Source: an uncultured Planctomycetia bacterium | GTDB taxonomy: Bacteria > Omnitrophota > Gorgyraeia > Gorgyraeales > Gorgyraeaceae | Direction: 5' to 3' | Assembly (NCBI GenBank): GCA_964511955.1 | Contig: CAZEGO010000002.1 | Span: forward strand, 1 to 33,356 | DNA: 33,356 bases | Part shown: positions 1 through 9,710 of the stretch, piece by piece | Layout of the letters: every line of letters begins with the position of its first letter | Position numbering within the stretch: position 1 is the first letter of the stretch | The notes under the pieces: model-generated | Seen by the model: the letters and a program-made list of their open reading frames with translations, nothing else | Database searches by the model: none | Told to the model about the DNA's origin: nothing | Translations under genes and position numbers: made by a program

Positions 1-232
1 GCCAGGAGCTTTCGAGCCCCGCGACGAACATAAGGGCCACCAGGCCCGCCTCGCCTAACAGGTCGATAAATCCGGCGTAATCTTTTATGATAATATCAGA
101 GAAAAAAGGAGTGCCCACGATTATCCCGAGAAGGATAAGCACGACAACCGAAGGTACGCCGATCCTTTTGCCGGTTTTAGTAAAAAAATAAGCCGATGCC
201 GGTATTAATATTAAAAAAATCGGAATATTCAT
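1..232 (-). CDS. Cation:proton antiporter (CPA/Kef-type), N-terminal fragment running off the left edge
   Basis: Not in the ORF track because it is truncated. Minus-strand ATG at 232..230. The translation MNIPIFLILIPASAYFFTKTGKRIGVPSVVVLILLGIIVGTPFF...LLGEAGLVALMFVAGLESS is strongly hydrophobic and resembles the N-terminal TM segments of Na+/H+ or K+/H+ exchangers. Its ATG overlaps the TGA of the upstream fpg gene (ATGA at 229..232). Confidence 0.5.
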   Translation of the reverse strand, partial: MNIPIFLILIPASAYFFTKTGKRIGVPSVVVLILLGIIVGTPFFSDIIIKDYAGFIDLLGEAGLVALMFVAGLESSW

Positions 233-1017
233 TTTTTTACCTGGCACGACGAACAGAAATAACTGGTTCTCGAATTTATCTTCGTCAGTTTGACGGATTT
301 ACCGCAGCGCGGACATTTTCCTTCTTTATCCCGCTCCTTTAACAGAAAAGATTCGGGCAGGTCATCGGGATTCGCTTTTTGCTCGATAGCTTTTTTCAGG
401 ACATATTTCATTTTTTTGTAAATATTTTCTATTTCATTATCTTTTAGTTTTTCTGCATGTGTTTTTGGGTGCGCGCCCGCCTGGAATAATATCTCATCGG
501 AATAGATGTTTCCGAGACCGGAGATGCCATCCTGCTTCATAAGAGCTGATTTTACAGAACCTTTTTTGTTCCGCAATAATCTCCTAAAGGTGTCATAGTC
601 CACTGAATAAGCGTCCGGACCCAGTTTTTTTTCTTTGATAAAATCATCTTTGTTTTTTTTCAGAAAGATTTTCCCCAGAAGGCGCCGGTTATTGAAAGCA
701 AGGACGTACCGGTTCTTAAAGTGCACGAGAAACTTGTCATGCGGCCCTATACCTTCCTTACCCTTGAAATACCTGAGGAAGCCCGTCATCCCGAAATGCA
801 GCACCATGACACCCTCTTTTCCGAACTCGGCGAACATGTATTTCCCATGCCTGTCGCTCGACTTGAAAGCCTTGTCGCGGAGTTTCCTGTTCAGTGTTTT
901 CTGAGTAGCGCCCCCCGTTATCTTCTTTGACCGAACTTCCACCGTTTTTATCTTCTGCCGCAGCGCTGTCCTGTTAAAATATCTCCTGAAAGTCTCTACA
1001 TCGGGTAGTTCGGGCAT
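229..1017 (-). CDS. mutM: Formamidopyrimidine-DNA glycosylase (Fpg/MutM family)
   Basis: N-terminal MPELPDVE catalytic-proline signature, and a C-terminal four-Cys zinc finger CPRCGKSV...CSSCQ. The 262-aa length is typical. Confidence 0.88.
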   Translation of the reverse strand: MPELPDVETFRRYFNRTALRQKIKTVEVRSKKITGGATQKTLNRKLRDKAFKSSDRHGKYMFAEFGKEGVMVLHFGMTGFLRYFKGKEGIGPHDKFLVHFKNRYVLAFNNRRLLGKIFLKKNKDDFIKEKKLGPDAYSVDYDTFRRLLRNKKGSVKSALMKQDGISGLGNIYSDEILFQAGAHPKTHAEKLKDNEIENIYKKMKYVLKKAIEQKANPDDLPESFLLKERDKEGKCPRCGKSVKLTKINSRTSYFCSSCQVKK

Positions 1018-1036
1018 AAAAACTCCTTTCTTTTTG

Positions 1037-1222
1037 TCAGAACCTCATAAAAAAATCCATAAACGGATCATCGAACCTGCGGGACATCCTTTTATAATTC
1101 AAACTTATCGACACAAAAGACACTCCTATGAAAATCATCACAAAAGCGACTATCCATGAAAGCAAAGCGGGATATACCGCTATGAGGATACCGCAAAGAA
1201 TGAATAATATTCCTAAAGCCAT
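1037..1222 (-). CDS. Small two-TM membrane protein, unknown function
   Basis: 61 aa with two hydrophobic helices (ALGILFILCGILIAVYPALLSWIVAFVMIFIGVSFV) and a charged tail. It sits between two co-directional genes. Confidence 0.45.
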   Translation of the reverse strand: MALGILFILCGILIAVYPALLSWIVAFVMIFIGVSFVSISLNYKRMSRRFDDPFMDFFMRF

Positions 1223-1331
1223 TTTTTTCTCCTTTCTCTACAGCATGGATTTGAAATTTTTCTCCTTCCTGTATATGGCGGAGCAGGTAAGCTCTTTTTT
1301 TTGAACACGCTTCGATTTTTTTCTCAGATCA

Positions 1332-3974
1332 TTATCTCGTCTCATTTTTCCTTCTTCTCCTTATGAGCTTGTCGATTTCCATAACCGCTATAACCGATAA
1401 AGAAACGCCGATGACCTGGAGCCAGCTGACACCGTCCAGCGGCTCGGTTTTGAACACATACCTCAATCCCGGGAGGTACATAACGCACATCTGCGCGGCG
1501 ATGGATATAAAGATGCTGATAGATAAAAAAGGATTAGAAAACGGTGACATGGTAAATATGGATTTTTCGAAACTCCGGGCGTTCAACACGTGAAAAAGCT
1601 GAAAAAAGACAACGCTGTTAAAAGCTACCGTGCGCGCGAAGCGCGCGTCGGCCCCGCCCCTAAGCTTAAACCAGAATAAAAAAAGAGTCCCCAGAGTCAT
1701 GGTACCTCCTATCAGAAAAAGCCGTTTAAGCACAAAACTGTTTATAATACGTTCCCGTGGGTTCCTGGGGGGCTTTTTAGAGATATCTTTTTCAGCGGGC
1801 TCGTACGCCAAAGCCACATCCTGCAGGCCGTTGGTCACGAGATTAATCCATAAAACCTGGGTGGCCAGAAAAGGGAGCGGCAGATCCAGAAAAAGGCTGA
1901 GGATGATTATGGACGAGACTCCGACAGCCGTCCCCAAAAGAAAGAATACTACTTTTCGTATGTTTTCGAATATTACCCTCCCCACTTTTACAGCTTCGAA
2001 TATTGTGGCGAAATTATCGTCCTTCAACACCATATCCGAAGCTTCTCTTGCAACATCCGTGCCTATCTTACCCATCGATACGCCTATATTGCCTTTCTTC
2101 AGGGCCGGCGCGTCGTTCACACCGTCTCCTGTCACGGCAACGACATGCCCTTTTTCCTGTAAAGCCTCGACTATGCGTAGTTTATCTTCCGGGGAAACCC
2201 GGGCGTAAACGCCTATGTTCTCCACATTCTGCTTCAGAAAGTCCACGCCCTTTGAATCAAGCTCTTTACCGTCTATGACGATTTCGCCTTTGCGTAATAT
2301 TCCTATGCTTCCCGCGATAGATTCTGCGGTTATCTTGTTATCCCCTGTCACCATCACCGTTTTTATGCCGGCTGTTTTAGTATCCTCTATGGCTTTTATG
2401 GCGCTTTCTCTCGGCGGGTCTATAATGCCCTGAAATCCCCTGAAAATAAGTCCTTTTTTGATTTCATCCATAAGATCAGACCCGTTCGCGCTTTTTAATT
2501 CCTTTGAGGCAAAAGCCAGCACTCTCAGCCCTTCTCCGGCCATTTCTTTATAAACTTTTTCCGGGGCTTCTTTGTCTCTCACGCCGCATAGCTCCAGCAC
2601 CATCTCGGGAGCGCCCTTAACGAATATCGTCCTTTTACCGTCTTTTTCCCGTAGAGCAGCCATGTATTTTCTTCTGGAATCAAACGGGATTTCGTCCAGT
2701 AAATCAAAACCGTTGTCCTCTTCGTCGGTATCTATGCCGAACTTGGCAGCCGACACAAGCAAAGCGCCTTCGGTAGGGTCGCCGTCTATAAGCCACTCCC
2801 CGTTTTCTCTGTAAAGGTCGGCGGAATTGCAAAGAGCCCCGGTCATAAGAAGCGTCTTTAAATCTTCATCCTCTCCCACTTTTTTGTCTTTATTTAAAAT
2901 CTCGCCCTCGGGTTCATAACCTTTGCCTTTTACATCAAAAGTCTTGCCGTTGGCGTATGCCTTCCTGACCGTCATCATGTTCTCGGTTATGGTCCCGGTC
3001 TTATCCGAGCAGATGTAATCGCAGCTGCCCAGAGTCTCGACCGCTATAAGTTTTCGTATAATAGCGTGGCGGTCGGCCATCCTTTTCATGCCTATAGCCA
3101 TTGTTATTGTTATGACTATCGGAAGTCCTTCCGGTATTATCGCGACTGCCATGCTGATGGAAAAGAGAAGCATCTCCGTAACCGGCCTGGATTTAATGAG
3201 TCCCACCGCGAAAACGAATACTGCAAGGCCCAATGATATGAGTCCCACCATCTTGCTCAAATCCGCCAGTCTTTTCTGCAGAGGGGTTTTTTCTTTCTCG
3301 GTCCCGCTTACCTGTTCCGAAATCCCTCCCAGCTCGGTCTTATTCCCGGTGGCCGTTACCAGGGCTTTCCCCTTTCCTTTTACCGCTATGCTTCCCATAA
3401 AAACCATGTTGTCCCTGTCGGCGAGAGGTATATTATCTTCCTCGATAACTCCGGTATTTTTTACGGCCGGCCTGGATTCCCCCGTGAACATGGACTCGTT
3501 TACATGAAGCTCCTTTGCCTGAAAAATTCTCATATCGGCCGGAATCCTGTCTCCCGCAGATATTATCACGACATCCCCGGGGACAAGATTTTCGGCGTCT
3601 ATCTTTTTATTGTCACAGTCCCTGCGTACCCGGGCTTTTGGTGAGGTAAGGTTGCTTATTGCCCTCATCGCTTTCTCGGCTTTGAATTCCTGAAAAAAGC
3701 CCACTATCGCGTTGAGCACCACAACGCCGAATATCACCCACATGTCCACGTACTTTTCTATTATCAGGGTCACTATGCCCGCTATGACAAGTATATAGAT
3801 AAGAGGGTCCTTAAACTGGCTGATTGCAAGCTGGAATACGGATACCTTCTTTTTTTCTTTAAGACTGTTGGGCCCGTAGCGTTCGAACCTTTGACGCGCT
3901 TCCTCCCCTGACAGGCCGCATTTCGCGCTTTTCAGCTCTTCGAACACTTCGTCCGCGGTTTTTCTATAATACAT
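1332..3974 (-). CDS. P-type cation-transporting ATPase, Ca2+-ATPase (type II) like
   Basis: TGES actuator motif (MFTGESRP), phosphorylation site CSDKTGTIT, M4 IPEGLP, hinge GDGVNDAPALKK, and 880 aa with about 10 TM segments. Confidence 0.93.
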   Translation of the reverse strand: MYYRKTADEVFEELKSAKCGLSGEEARQRFERYGPNSLKEKKKVSVFQLAISQFKDPLIYILVIAGIVTLIIEKYVDMWVIFGVVVLNAIVGFFQEFKAEKAMRAISNLTSPKARVRRDCDNKKIDAENLVPGDVVIISAGDRIPADMRIFQAKELHVNESMFTGESRPAVKNTGVIEEDNIPLADRDNMVFMGSIAVKGKGKALVTATGNKTELGGISEQVSGTEKEKTPLQKRLADLSKMVGLISLGLAVFVFAVGLIKSRPVTEMLLFSISMAVAIIPEGLPIVITITMAIGMKRMADRHAIIRKLIAVETLGSCDYICSDKTGTITENMMTVRKAYANGKTFDVKGKGYEPEGEILNKDKKVGEDEDLKTLLMTGALCNSADLYRENGEWLIDGDPTEGALLVSAAKFGIDTDEEDNGFDLLDEIPFDSRRKYMAALREKDGKRTIFVKGAPEMVLELCGVRDKEAPEKVYKEMAGEGLRVLAFASKELKSANGSDLMDEIKKGLIFRGFQGIIDPPRESAIKAIEDTKTAGIKTVMVTGDNKITAESIAGSIGILRKGEIVIDGKELDSKGVDFLKQNVENIGVYARVSPEDKLRIVEALQEKGHVVAVTGDGVNDAPALKKGNIGVSMGKIGTDVAREASDMVLKDDNFATIFEAVKVGRVIFENIRKVVFFLLGTAVGVSSIIILSLFLDLPLPFLATQVLWINLVTNGLQDVALAYEPAEKDISKKPPRNPRERIINSFVLKRLFLIGGTMTLGTLFLFWFKLRGGADARFARTVAFNSVVFFQLFHVLNARSFEKSIFTMSPFSNPFLSISIFISIAAQMCVMYLPGLRYVFKTEPLDGVSWLQVIGVSLSVIAVMEIDKLIRRRRKNETR

Positions 3975-3983
3975 AATGTCTCC

Positions 3984-4946
3984 TTATCCGTTTTCGGCTT
4001 TTCCGGATATAAGCTTTTCTCTTTTTATCTCATCGTAAAGCCTGAAAACATCTTCTTTTCGACATAACTGTGTGCCCGGCGTAAGGCACGCGGCCGTCCC
4101 GGCGGCGACCCCGAGCTGTCCGGCGTTTAAAAGTGACTTTCCCGACGCAAGTCCGAAAACTATGCCTCCCAGCATACTGTCCCCTGCGCCCACCGCGCTT
4201 TCCACGCGTACTCCGGGAGCCGGTATCTCGGTTATGCCTTTTTTGGAGGCCATAAAGGCTCCTTTATCACCGAGAGAAACAACCACTATCTCGCTTTGTC
4301 CGTGTTTTACTATATTCATCGCGGCGCCTCTCTGTTGGGGCTCGCTTTTCAACGGTTCGCCCATTAAATATGAGAGTTCCTTAAGATTGGGTTTGATGAG
4401 GTATGCCTTGTTATCCAAGACCGAGCGCAGAGCTTTTCCGCTCGTGTCAATAACGAAACGTATACCCGATTTTGAGCAGATCTTGGAAAGCTTGAGATAG
4501 AAATCTTCCGGCATGCCCGGGGAAAGACTGCCGCTGGCCACCAGATAATCCGTCCGGGACCCGCTGTTCTCGATGAAACCGAGAAGTTCGGATAACTTGT
4601 CCTCTTCTATAGCGGGGCCGTTAACCACAAAGCGGTACTGGTCGGCGCTCCGGCTGTCGGAAACGGTGATGTTCTCGCGTGTCTGGCCTCTTATGAAAAT
4701 CGGTTTTTGAGAAATCTTTTCTCCTTGCAGAAAATCACCAATCATCTTACCGTGATATCCGCCTGCGTAATAAATCGTCAGAGCGTCGCCACCCAGGCTC
4801 TTTATAACCCTTGACAGATTTATCCCTCCGCCGCCTGCTTCATAACTCACTTTTTCCGTGCGCAATTTCGGGCCAGGTATAATACGGGAAACTTCCATAT
4901 TAAGGTCTATGCACGGATTTACAGTTAAGCTTACTATTTTACGCAT
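3984..4946 (-). CDS. pfkB: PfkB-family sugar-phosphate kinase (6-phosphofructokinase II / 1-phosphofructokinase family)
   Basis: GGGGINLSRVIKSLGG, QYRFVVNGPAIEEDK and the C-terminal VGAGDSMLGG motif align closely, from memory, with E. coli PfkB. Confidence 0.8.
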   Translation of the reverse strand: MRKIVSLTVNPCIDLNMEVSRIIPGPKLRTEKVSYEAGGGGINLSRVIKSLGGDALTIYYAGGYHGKMIGDFLQGEKISQKPIFIRGQTRENITVSDSRSADQYRFVVNGPAIEEDKLSELLGFIENSGSRTDYLVASGSLSPGMPEDFYLKLSKICSKSGIRFVIDTSGKALRSVLDNKAYLIKPNLKELSYLMGEPLKSEPQQRGAAMNIVKHGQSEIVVVSLGDKGAFMASKKGITEIPAPGVRVESAVGAGDSMLGGIVFGLASGKSLLNAGQLGVAAGTAACLTPGTQLCRKEDVFRLYDEIKREKLISGKAENG

Positions 4947-5031
4947 AATACATCAATGTTAGCTTAAAGACGCGGACAAAACAATCGGAAGCGTACGCTT
5001 TTTACCGACTATTTTCCACTTCGGGCAGACC

Positions 5032-5400
5032 TTAATTGAATGATTTGATTTTTCTGAGAAGCTTTTTTATATCGAATGGTTTTTGTATGATGGCGTCGGC
5101 CGCTCTCAGCTGTTTTTTCTTTTCGCCGTTGGCAAGCGGGCCTTTAAGGAGGCTTCCGGTTATTATGAGCACTTTTGTGGCGGGTCTTTTGTCTTTAACG
5201 TTTTTTAGTATTTCTACCGAGTTGTTCCCGGGAATTTTTAAATCCAGGAGAACTAAATCGTATTTTCCGCTCTCCACCACGCTGATGGCCTTTGAGCCGT
5301 CACAGAGCGAATCCACGTCAAATCCTTCGTCTTTCAGCAAATCTCCTATCTCGTCACACATTTCCTCGTCATCTTCGATAATGAGTACTCGCTTTATCAC
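5032..5400 (-). CDS. Single-domain response regulator (CheY-like receiver)
   Basis: DDEE acidic pocket, phospho-acceptor context LVLLDLKIPG, conserved K in IIQKPF, and 122 aa. The gap to the kinase gene upstream is 1 nt. Confidence 0.85.
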   Translation of the reverse strand: MIKRVLIIEDDEEMCDEIGDLLKDEGFDVDSLCDGSKAISVVESGKYDLVLLDLKIPGNNSVEILKNVKDKRPATKVLIITGSLLKGPLANGEKKKQLRAADAIIQKPFDIKKLLRKIKSFN

Positions 5401-5401
5401 A

Positions 5402-6934
5402 TTATCTCCTTATGGGTAGAGATACGGTTATCGTGGTTCCTTTTCCTTTGCGGCTGTCGGCTTTTATTTCACCTCCGTGCAGATTTATGAATTCTACGGC
5501 TATAGAAAGCCCCAGCCCTGTACCTTTTGACTTTTTGGTAAAAAAAGGTGAAAATATATTTTCCATTTCATCTTTGTCTATACCCACACCGTTATCCTTG
5601 ACGCTTATTCTTATCTTGTTCCTTCCGGCTTTTTCCCCTTTTATAATTATTCTGCCTTTTTTGTCGTTGAACGATTGATAAGCATTCGTAAGTATGTTTT
5701 TCAATACCTCGCTTATCTGGAAGGAATCCGCCTCTATTATAAGGCCTTTAAGAGGCTTTATGTTTTTTTTCAATGAAATTTTATATTTAAAAAAGTTTTT
5801 GCCGACCGCGTCCACACTTTCGTTTATAATATCGTCTATCTTAACTCTGACGAATTTAGGGACTTTTATGCGGGAGTAACTAAGAAGGTTGTTTATAGTC
5901 CTGTTTCCTTCTCTTATCTTTTTCTCTATATTGGCAAGGTGTTTATCTACGCCGGGATTCTTTCTTTTTCTCGAAATGTTAAAAATAGCGGTCTTTATAA
6001 CGCCGAGCGGATTGCGCAGTTCGTGAGCGACCGTGGCGGCAAGAGTACCGAGATCTGACAATCTGCTGGTATTATTGAGGTCTTCTTTCGCTTTTATGAG
6101 CTCATCGGTTCTTTCTTTTATAATTCTTTCCAGCATTTCTTTATCTCTTTTTAATATATCCCTGGCCTTTTTTCGTTCCGTTATATCCTGAACAGTTCCT
6201 ATCATGTGAACGGGTTTGCCGTTTTTATCTTTTATAACGTTTCCTATCTCCATCACCCATTTTATAGTGTCGTCGGGCCAGATTATCCGATGTTCAATAT
6301 TGTATTTCTCGCCTCGCCTGATGGCGTCGGTTATCGAATTTTTCACGTATTTCCGGTCATCCGGATGTACGCGTTCAAGGAAAGCGGAATGCGTTCTTTT
6401 AAACTCGCCTTTTTTAAATCCGAATATCGGCTCTATGACTTCGGTCCATTGTACCTCGCCCGTTCGAATGTCATAATACCAGCTACCCACTCTGGCGGCG
6501 CGTTGAGCAAGCTTATAACGCTCCTCGCTTAGCTGCAGGTCTTTTAGGATATTTTTATAAAAGCTGACATCCCGGATGATTTTTAATTTGGATACGGATC
6601 CGTCCGTATTCCTTAAGAGGCTTTCAATAACGTCATAAACCTTGCCGGACACGGAAGATGTCCATTCCGATCTGATTATCGCACCGCTTTCAATTTTCCT
6701 GAAGTTACAACCCGGGCACCTCTTTTTTCTATCATGCAAGTAAGCGTAGCATTTTCGGTTTTTTATCGGCCCAAAATCTTTTTTTATGGCTTGGTTGGCG
6801 TATTCTATGTCACAATTCTTGTTGGTTATATAGACGCCGTCCTTTATGGAGCTCAGTATCTTAAGAAGTTGGTTTTTTGTATTAAGGGCTGGATTTTTTA
6901 GGCTCCCTGAACGTCGTTTTTTCTTCGCACTCAT
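5402..6934 (-). CDS. PAS-domain sensor histidine kinase
   Basis: H-box AHELRNPL; N, G1 and G2 boxes (NILTNAY, VKDNGVGI, GTGLGLSI); two PAS-like segments. The first PAS-like segment carries C-x10-C-x2-C. Confidence 0.9.
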   Translation of the reverse strand: MSAKKKRRSGSLKNPALNTKNQLLKILSSIKDGVYITNKNCDIEYANQAIKKDFGPIKNRKCYAYLHDRKKRCPGCNFRKIESGAIIRSEWTSSVSGKVYDVIESLLRNTDGSVSKLKIIRDVSFYKNILKDLQLSEERYKLAQRAARVGSWYYDIRTGEVQWTEVIEPIFGFKKGEFKRTHSAFLERVHPDDRKYVKNSITDAIRRGEKYNIEHRIIWPDDTIKWVMEIGNVIKDKNGKPVHMIGTVQDITERKKARDILKRDKEMLERIIKERTDELIKAKEDLNNTSRLSDLGTLAATVAHELRNPLGVIKTAIFNISRKRKNPGVDKHLANIEKKIREGNRTINNLLSYSRIKVPKFVRVKIDDIINESVDAVGKNFFKYKISLKKNIKPLKGLIIEADSFQISEVLKNILTNAYQSFNDKKGRIIIKGEKAGRNKIRISVKDNGVGIDKDEMENIFSPFFTKKSKGTGLGLSIAVEFINLHGGEIKADSRKGKGTTITVSLPIRR

Positions 6935-7701
6935 TTTTTAACCTGTTTTTTAGTACTCTTTGCGCGCCTCTTTGATTTTCGAGGTTTTCGCGAGGGGACA
7001 TAGTGCCTGTACTCGGCCGGTGTCTTACTTGTATAGGATTTAAATATCCTGGTAAAAGACTCTATATTCTCGTACCCCAGCTTGTCCGATATCTGACTGA
7101 CCGTATATCCCGTGTTTTTAAGAAGGTTTTTGGCTTTTTTGATTTTCACGTTCAGGATATATTCGTTAAATCCTATGTTCTGTTCCTCTTTGAATATCCG
7201 GCTCAGGTACTTCGGGCTCAGGCAGACTATGCGAGAGACATCCTTCAGGCGTATTTTTTTGTGCCAGTTTCTCTCTATAAAAATCTTTACTTTCTCGGTC
7301 TTGGCTCTATTGTCCCAGGAACCGATATCGTCGCCGTAAGTTTTGGACTCCAGCAGTTCTTCTATGACATTCAGGAATTTATTAAGATCTACGGGTTTTT
7401 CCAGGTAATCGTCAGCGTGTGCCTTAAGCGCGGATATGGCAATATCCTCGGAGCTGTGGCCCGTAAGCATAACAACAGGAATATCCGGGGCCATTTTTTT
7501 TATTTTTTTTAATACCTCTATCCCGTCCATACCCGGCATCATAACGTCCAGTACCACGAGATCCACATCGTTGGGCTTTTCGAATATCCCGAGAGCGTGT
7601 TTTCCGGCCGGGGCCTCGGTTACCGCGTAGTCATACAGGCAATCTTTAAGCTCGTCCCTGTACTCACTGTCGTCATCAACCAATAGAATATTGAATGGCA
7701 T
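6931..7701 (-). CDS. Response regulator with AraC-type HTH output domain
   Basis: Receiver domain (DDDSEY..., VVLDVMMPGMDG, K in LEKPV) plus a C-terminal AraC HTH (SPKYLSRIFKEE...SFTRIFKSYTSKTPAEYR). It overlaps the kinase gene by 4 nt. Confidence 0.9.
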   Translation of the reverse strand: MPFNILLVDDDSEYRDELKDCLYDYAVTEAPAGKHALGIFEKPNDVDLVVLDVMMPGMDGIEVLKKIKKMAPDIPVVMLTGHSSEDIAISALKAHADDYLEKPVDLNKFLNVIEELLESKTYGDDIGSWDNRAKTEKVKIFIERNWHKKIRLKDVSRIVCLSPKYLSRIFKEEQNIGFNEYILNVKIKKAKNLLKNTGYTVSQISDKLGYENIESFTRIFKSYTSKTPAEYRHYVPSRKPRKSKRRAKSTKKQVKK

Positions 7702-7797
7702 AGTGTCTCCTGTTTTTATTATACATCCATCGCTCTTGGTAATAAAGTCAAAAATACTCAGCCCAAACTCGGATAAAAACGCTGAATTTTTCGGTTG

Positions 7798-8229
7798 TCA
7801 TTTTCTTGAGGTGGAAAGCATATGGTCTATGACCGCTGTGCTGACGCCGTTATCCTTTAAATAGGAAATCGCTTCTGCCGATAAGTAATAAACCGAATTA
7901 GTGCGGTTTATCCTGTCTATTATAACGTCATCCGGTAGGCCCCGCTGAGAATAATCCACTATCTTTTCCATTATTATGTGATTTGGGTTATTACGCCTCT
8001 CTTTTGCCATGGATTCGCCTATAAGTCCTCCGGCCAGGGCCCCCGCAGCGGCGCCTAATGCCGCGCCTTCTCCTGTCTCGCCGCTTTGATGACCTATGAC
8101 AGCTCCACCTGCCGCGCCGAGCAAACCTCCGGTCACGGCGCCTTTTTGGGACTCCTCGCTCATAGAGGCGCACCCCGCCATAATGCAAATAAACACTCCA
8201 CTCAATGCTAATGCGAATAATTTTCTCAT
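7798..8229 (-). CDS. Lipoprotein with glycine-zipper region
   Basis: Signal peptide with lipobox IMAGC, then a Gly/Ala zipper (GGLLGAAGGAVIG...GAALGAAAGALAGGLIG). Confidence 0.6.
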   Translation of the reverse strand: MRKLFALALSGVFICIMAGCASMSEESQKGAVTGGLLGAAGGAVIGHQSGETGEGAALGAAAGALAGGLIGESMAKERRNNPNHIIMEKIVDYSQRGLPDDVIIDRINRTNSVYYLSAEAISYLKDNGVSTAVIDHMLSTSRK

Positions 8230-8243
8230 ACGGCTCTCCTTTC

Positions 8244-8492
8244 TTAAGGCCTTCTTTTTTCCTCTTCTTTTTTAATCAGCTCTGTATCCAGCGTTTCCTG
8301 AGGATCTTCGCCGGGCAGATAACCGTGTTTCTGGAACCTCTCGTATGATTTAATCCCCGGCTTCTCTCTTTTTTGTTCCTCGTCTCTGTAGCCGGGTTTC
8401 GCTTGAATGGAAGATCGCATCCTTTTTTTTCTCTTTTTCAGCCTTTTTCTTTGGGATTTTCCGCGTTTTTTTGCCATGAATATCACTTTCAT
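8244..8492 (-). CDS. Highly basic, charged small protein, unknown function
   Basis: Lys/Arg-rich N-terminus (KKRGKSQRKRLKKRKKRMR). An alternative start MAKKRGK lies at 8477. There is no recognisable domain, and coding status rests only on ORF length and its co-directional position. Confidence 0.35.
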   Translation of the reverse strand: MKVIFMAKKRGKSQRKRLKKRKKRMRSSIQAKPGYRDEEQKREKPGIKSYERFQKHGYLPGEDPQETLDTELIKKEEEKRRP

Positions 8493-8496
8493 CAGA

Positions 8497-9135
8497 TTAC
8501 ATTTTCGTTTTTTCGCGCCATTTATTCATGAGCTCAATGACTTCACTGTCGGGAACGTCGTACCATTCCTCGTAGCCCTGCGCCACGGCGCTGAAAAAGG
8601 ACGGTTTCTCCAGTATAATAACATCGTCGACTTTTTGTTTAAATTCTCTCTCTGCCCCGGAGTCGGCTATAGGCGCGGCTACCATAATCTCTCTGGCTTT
8701 GTTTTTCCGACACATCTTAACCGCGGCCCACATGGTAGAACCCATAGCGATACCATCGTCCACCAGTATGACACTCCTGTCTTTTATCCTCGGGAGCGCT
8801 TTGTTTTGCCTCAGCGCTTTTACTCTTCGCGCTATCTCTCTATTCTGTTCATTTACAATTCTGTCCACCGTATCGCCGGGTAAACGGGAAACTGAGTCTT
8901 CATAAATAAACAAACTGCCGTCCTCGGCTATGGCTCCGAAACCCGCTTCGGGATTGTTTGGAAAAGGCAGTTTTCTTACTACCAGGACTGAAAAATCCGC
9001 GTCAAGATAACTCGCTACTTCATATCCTACCGTAACGCCGCCGCGCGCTATCCCAAGAACCAGCGGTTGCCTGTCCCTGAATCTCTCCAGGGCCCGAGCC
9101 AGCTTTTCTCCCGCGTCTTCTCTGTCCCTGAACAT
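8497..9135 (-). CDS. Phosphoribosyltransferase-family protein
   Basis: PRPP-binding loop VILVDDGIAMGSTM and an N-terminal GIARGGVTVG, typical of the stand-alone putative PRTase family. Confidence 0.78.
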   Translation of the reverse strand: MFRDREDAGEKLARALERFRDRQPLVLGIARGGVTVGYEVASYLDADFSVLVVRKLPFPNNPEAGFGAIAEDGSLFIYEDSVSRLPGDTVDRIVNEQNREIARRVKALRQNKALPRIKDRSVILVDDGIAMGSTMWAAVKMCRKNKAREIMVAAPIADSGAEREFKQKVDDVIILEKPSFFSAVAQGYEEWYDVPDSEVIELMNKWREKTKM

Positions 9136-9143
9136 AAGGCCTC

Positions 9144-9710
9144 CTATAAGCTATGCCTGGTTATCACCCTCACAGTGCTCGCCTGCGGCCCTTTCTCACC
9201 CATCTCTTCTACATAATGGACGCCTGTTCCTGTTTTCAGCCCGTCAAATTTATTATGCAAAACTGAATTGCGATGAAAATACACTTCCGAACCGTCGGTC
9301 GATTTTATGAACCCGTAACCGTCGGACTTAAACAGCTTGTAAATGACCCCGTTTACTTCCTGTTCGGGATGTTTTTTTACGTCTCTGGACTGAATTTCCT
9401 TGAGCTTCTTCAGCTTTCTTTCCGTTGCCTCAAAGGCCTCGTTTAAAACCGCACTGAGGGGTTGGTGCAGTTCTCCTTCGGTGGATTTTCTCTTTATCAC
9501 TATCTCGTGCCCGGGCGGCACGGTAACGTCTATTCTTACCCTGTAAGGATTTCCGCTGTCCTGGTGTTTTTGTTTCTTCTCCACCGAAACCCTGCAGCCT
9601 GTTATATGATCGTGGAATTTTTCGAGTTTCTCCACATAACTTATGATTTCCTTTTTCAGCGCGGGGCTATGCTCGATGTTCCTCAATGTTATCTGCGGGG
9701 TGATCTTCAT
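9144..9710 (-). CDS. HPF/RaiA (ribosomal S30AE) domain fused to a cold-shock domain
   Basis: The N-terminal half follows the HPF/YfiA pattern (ITLRNIEHSPALKKEIISYVEKLEKFHDHITGCRVSVEK). The C-terminal half carries RNP1-like GYGFI and VYFH motifs of a CSD (GVIYKLFKSDGYGFIKSTDGSEVYFHRNSV). Confidence 0.78.
   Translation of the reverse strand: MKITPQITLRNIEHSPALKKEIISYVEKLEKFHDHITGCRVSVEKKQKHQDSGNPYRVRIDVTVPPGHEIVIKRKSTEGELHQPLSAVLNEAFEATERKLKKLKEIQSRDVKKHPEQEVNGVIYKLFKSDGYGFIKSTDGSEVYFHRNSVLHNKFDGLKTGTGVHYVEEMGEKGPQASTVRVITRHSL

Noticed and set aside
635-3507. Numerous plus-strand ORFs of 60-190 aa in the track (for example 635..904, 1630..2208, 3088..3507) antisense to fpg and the P-type ATPase. 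Similar cases occur elsewhere (4072..4500, 7003..7512, 8407..8883, 13587..13961, 24266..24839, 28916..29638).
   Set aside because: Each lies entirely inside a longer opposite-strand gene with unmistakable family motifs. Their translations are low-complexity (Ser/Pro/Leu/Phe-rich) and lack SD sequences, so they are shadow ORFs.
7991-8188. A 65-aa Arg-rich ORF on the minus strand inside the lipoprotein gene.
   Set aside because: It is an alternative-frame read of the GC-rich glycine-zipper region (GGN/GCN codons become CGN). The lipoprotein frame has a lipobox and a coherent domain structure.
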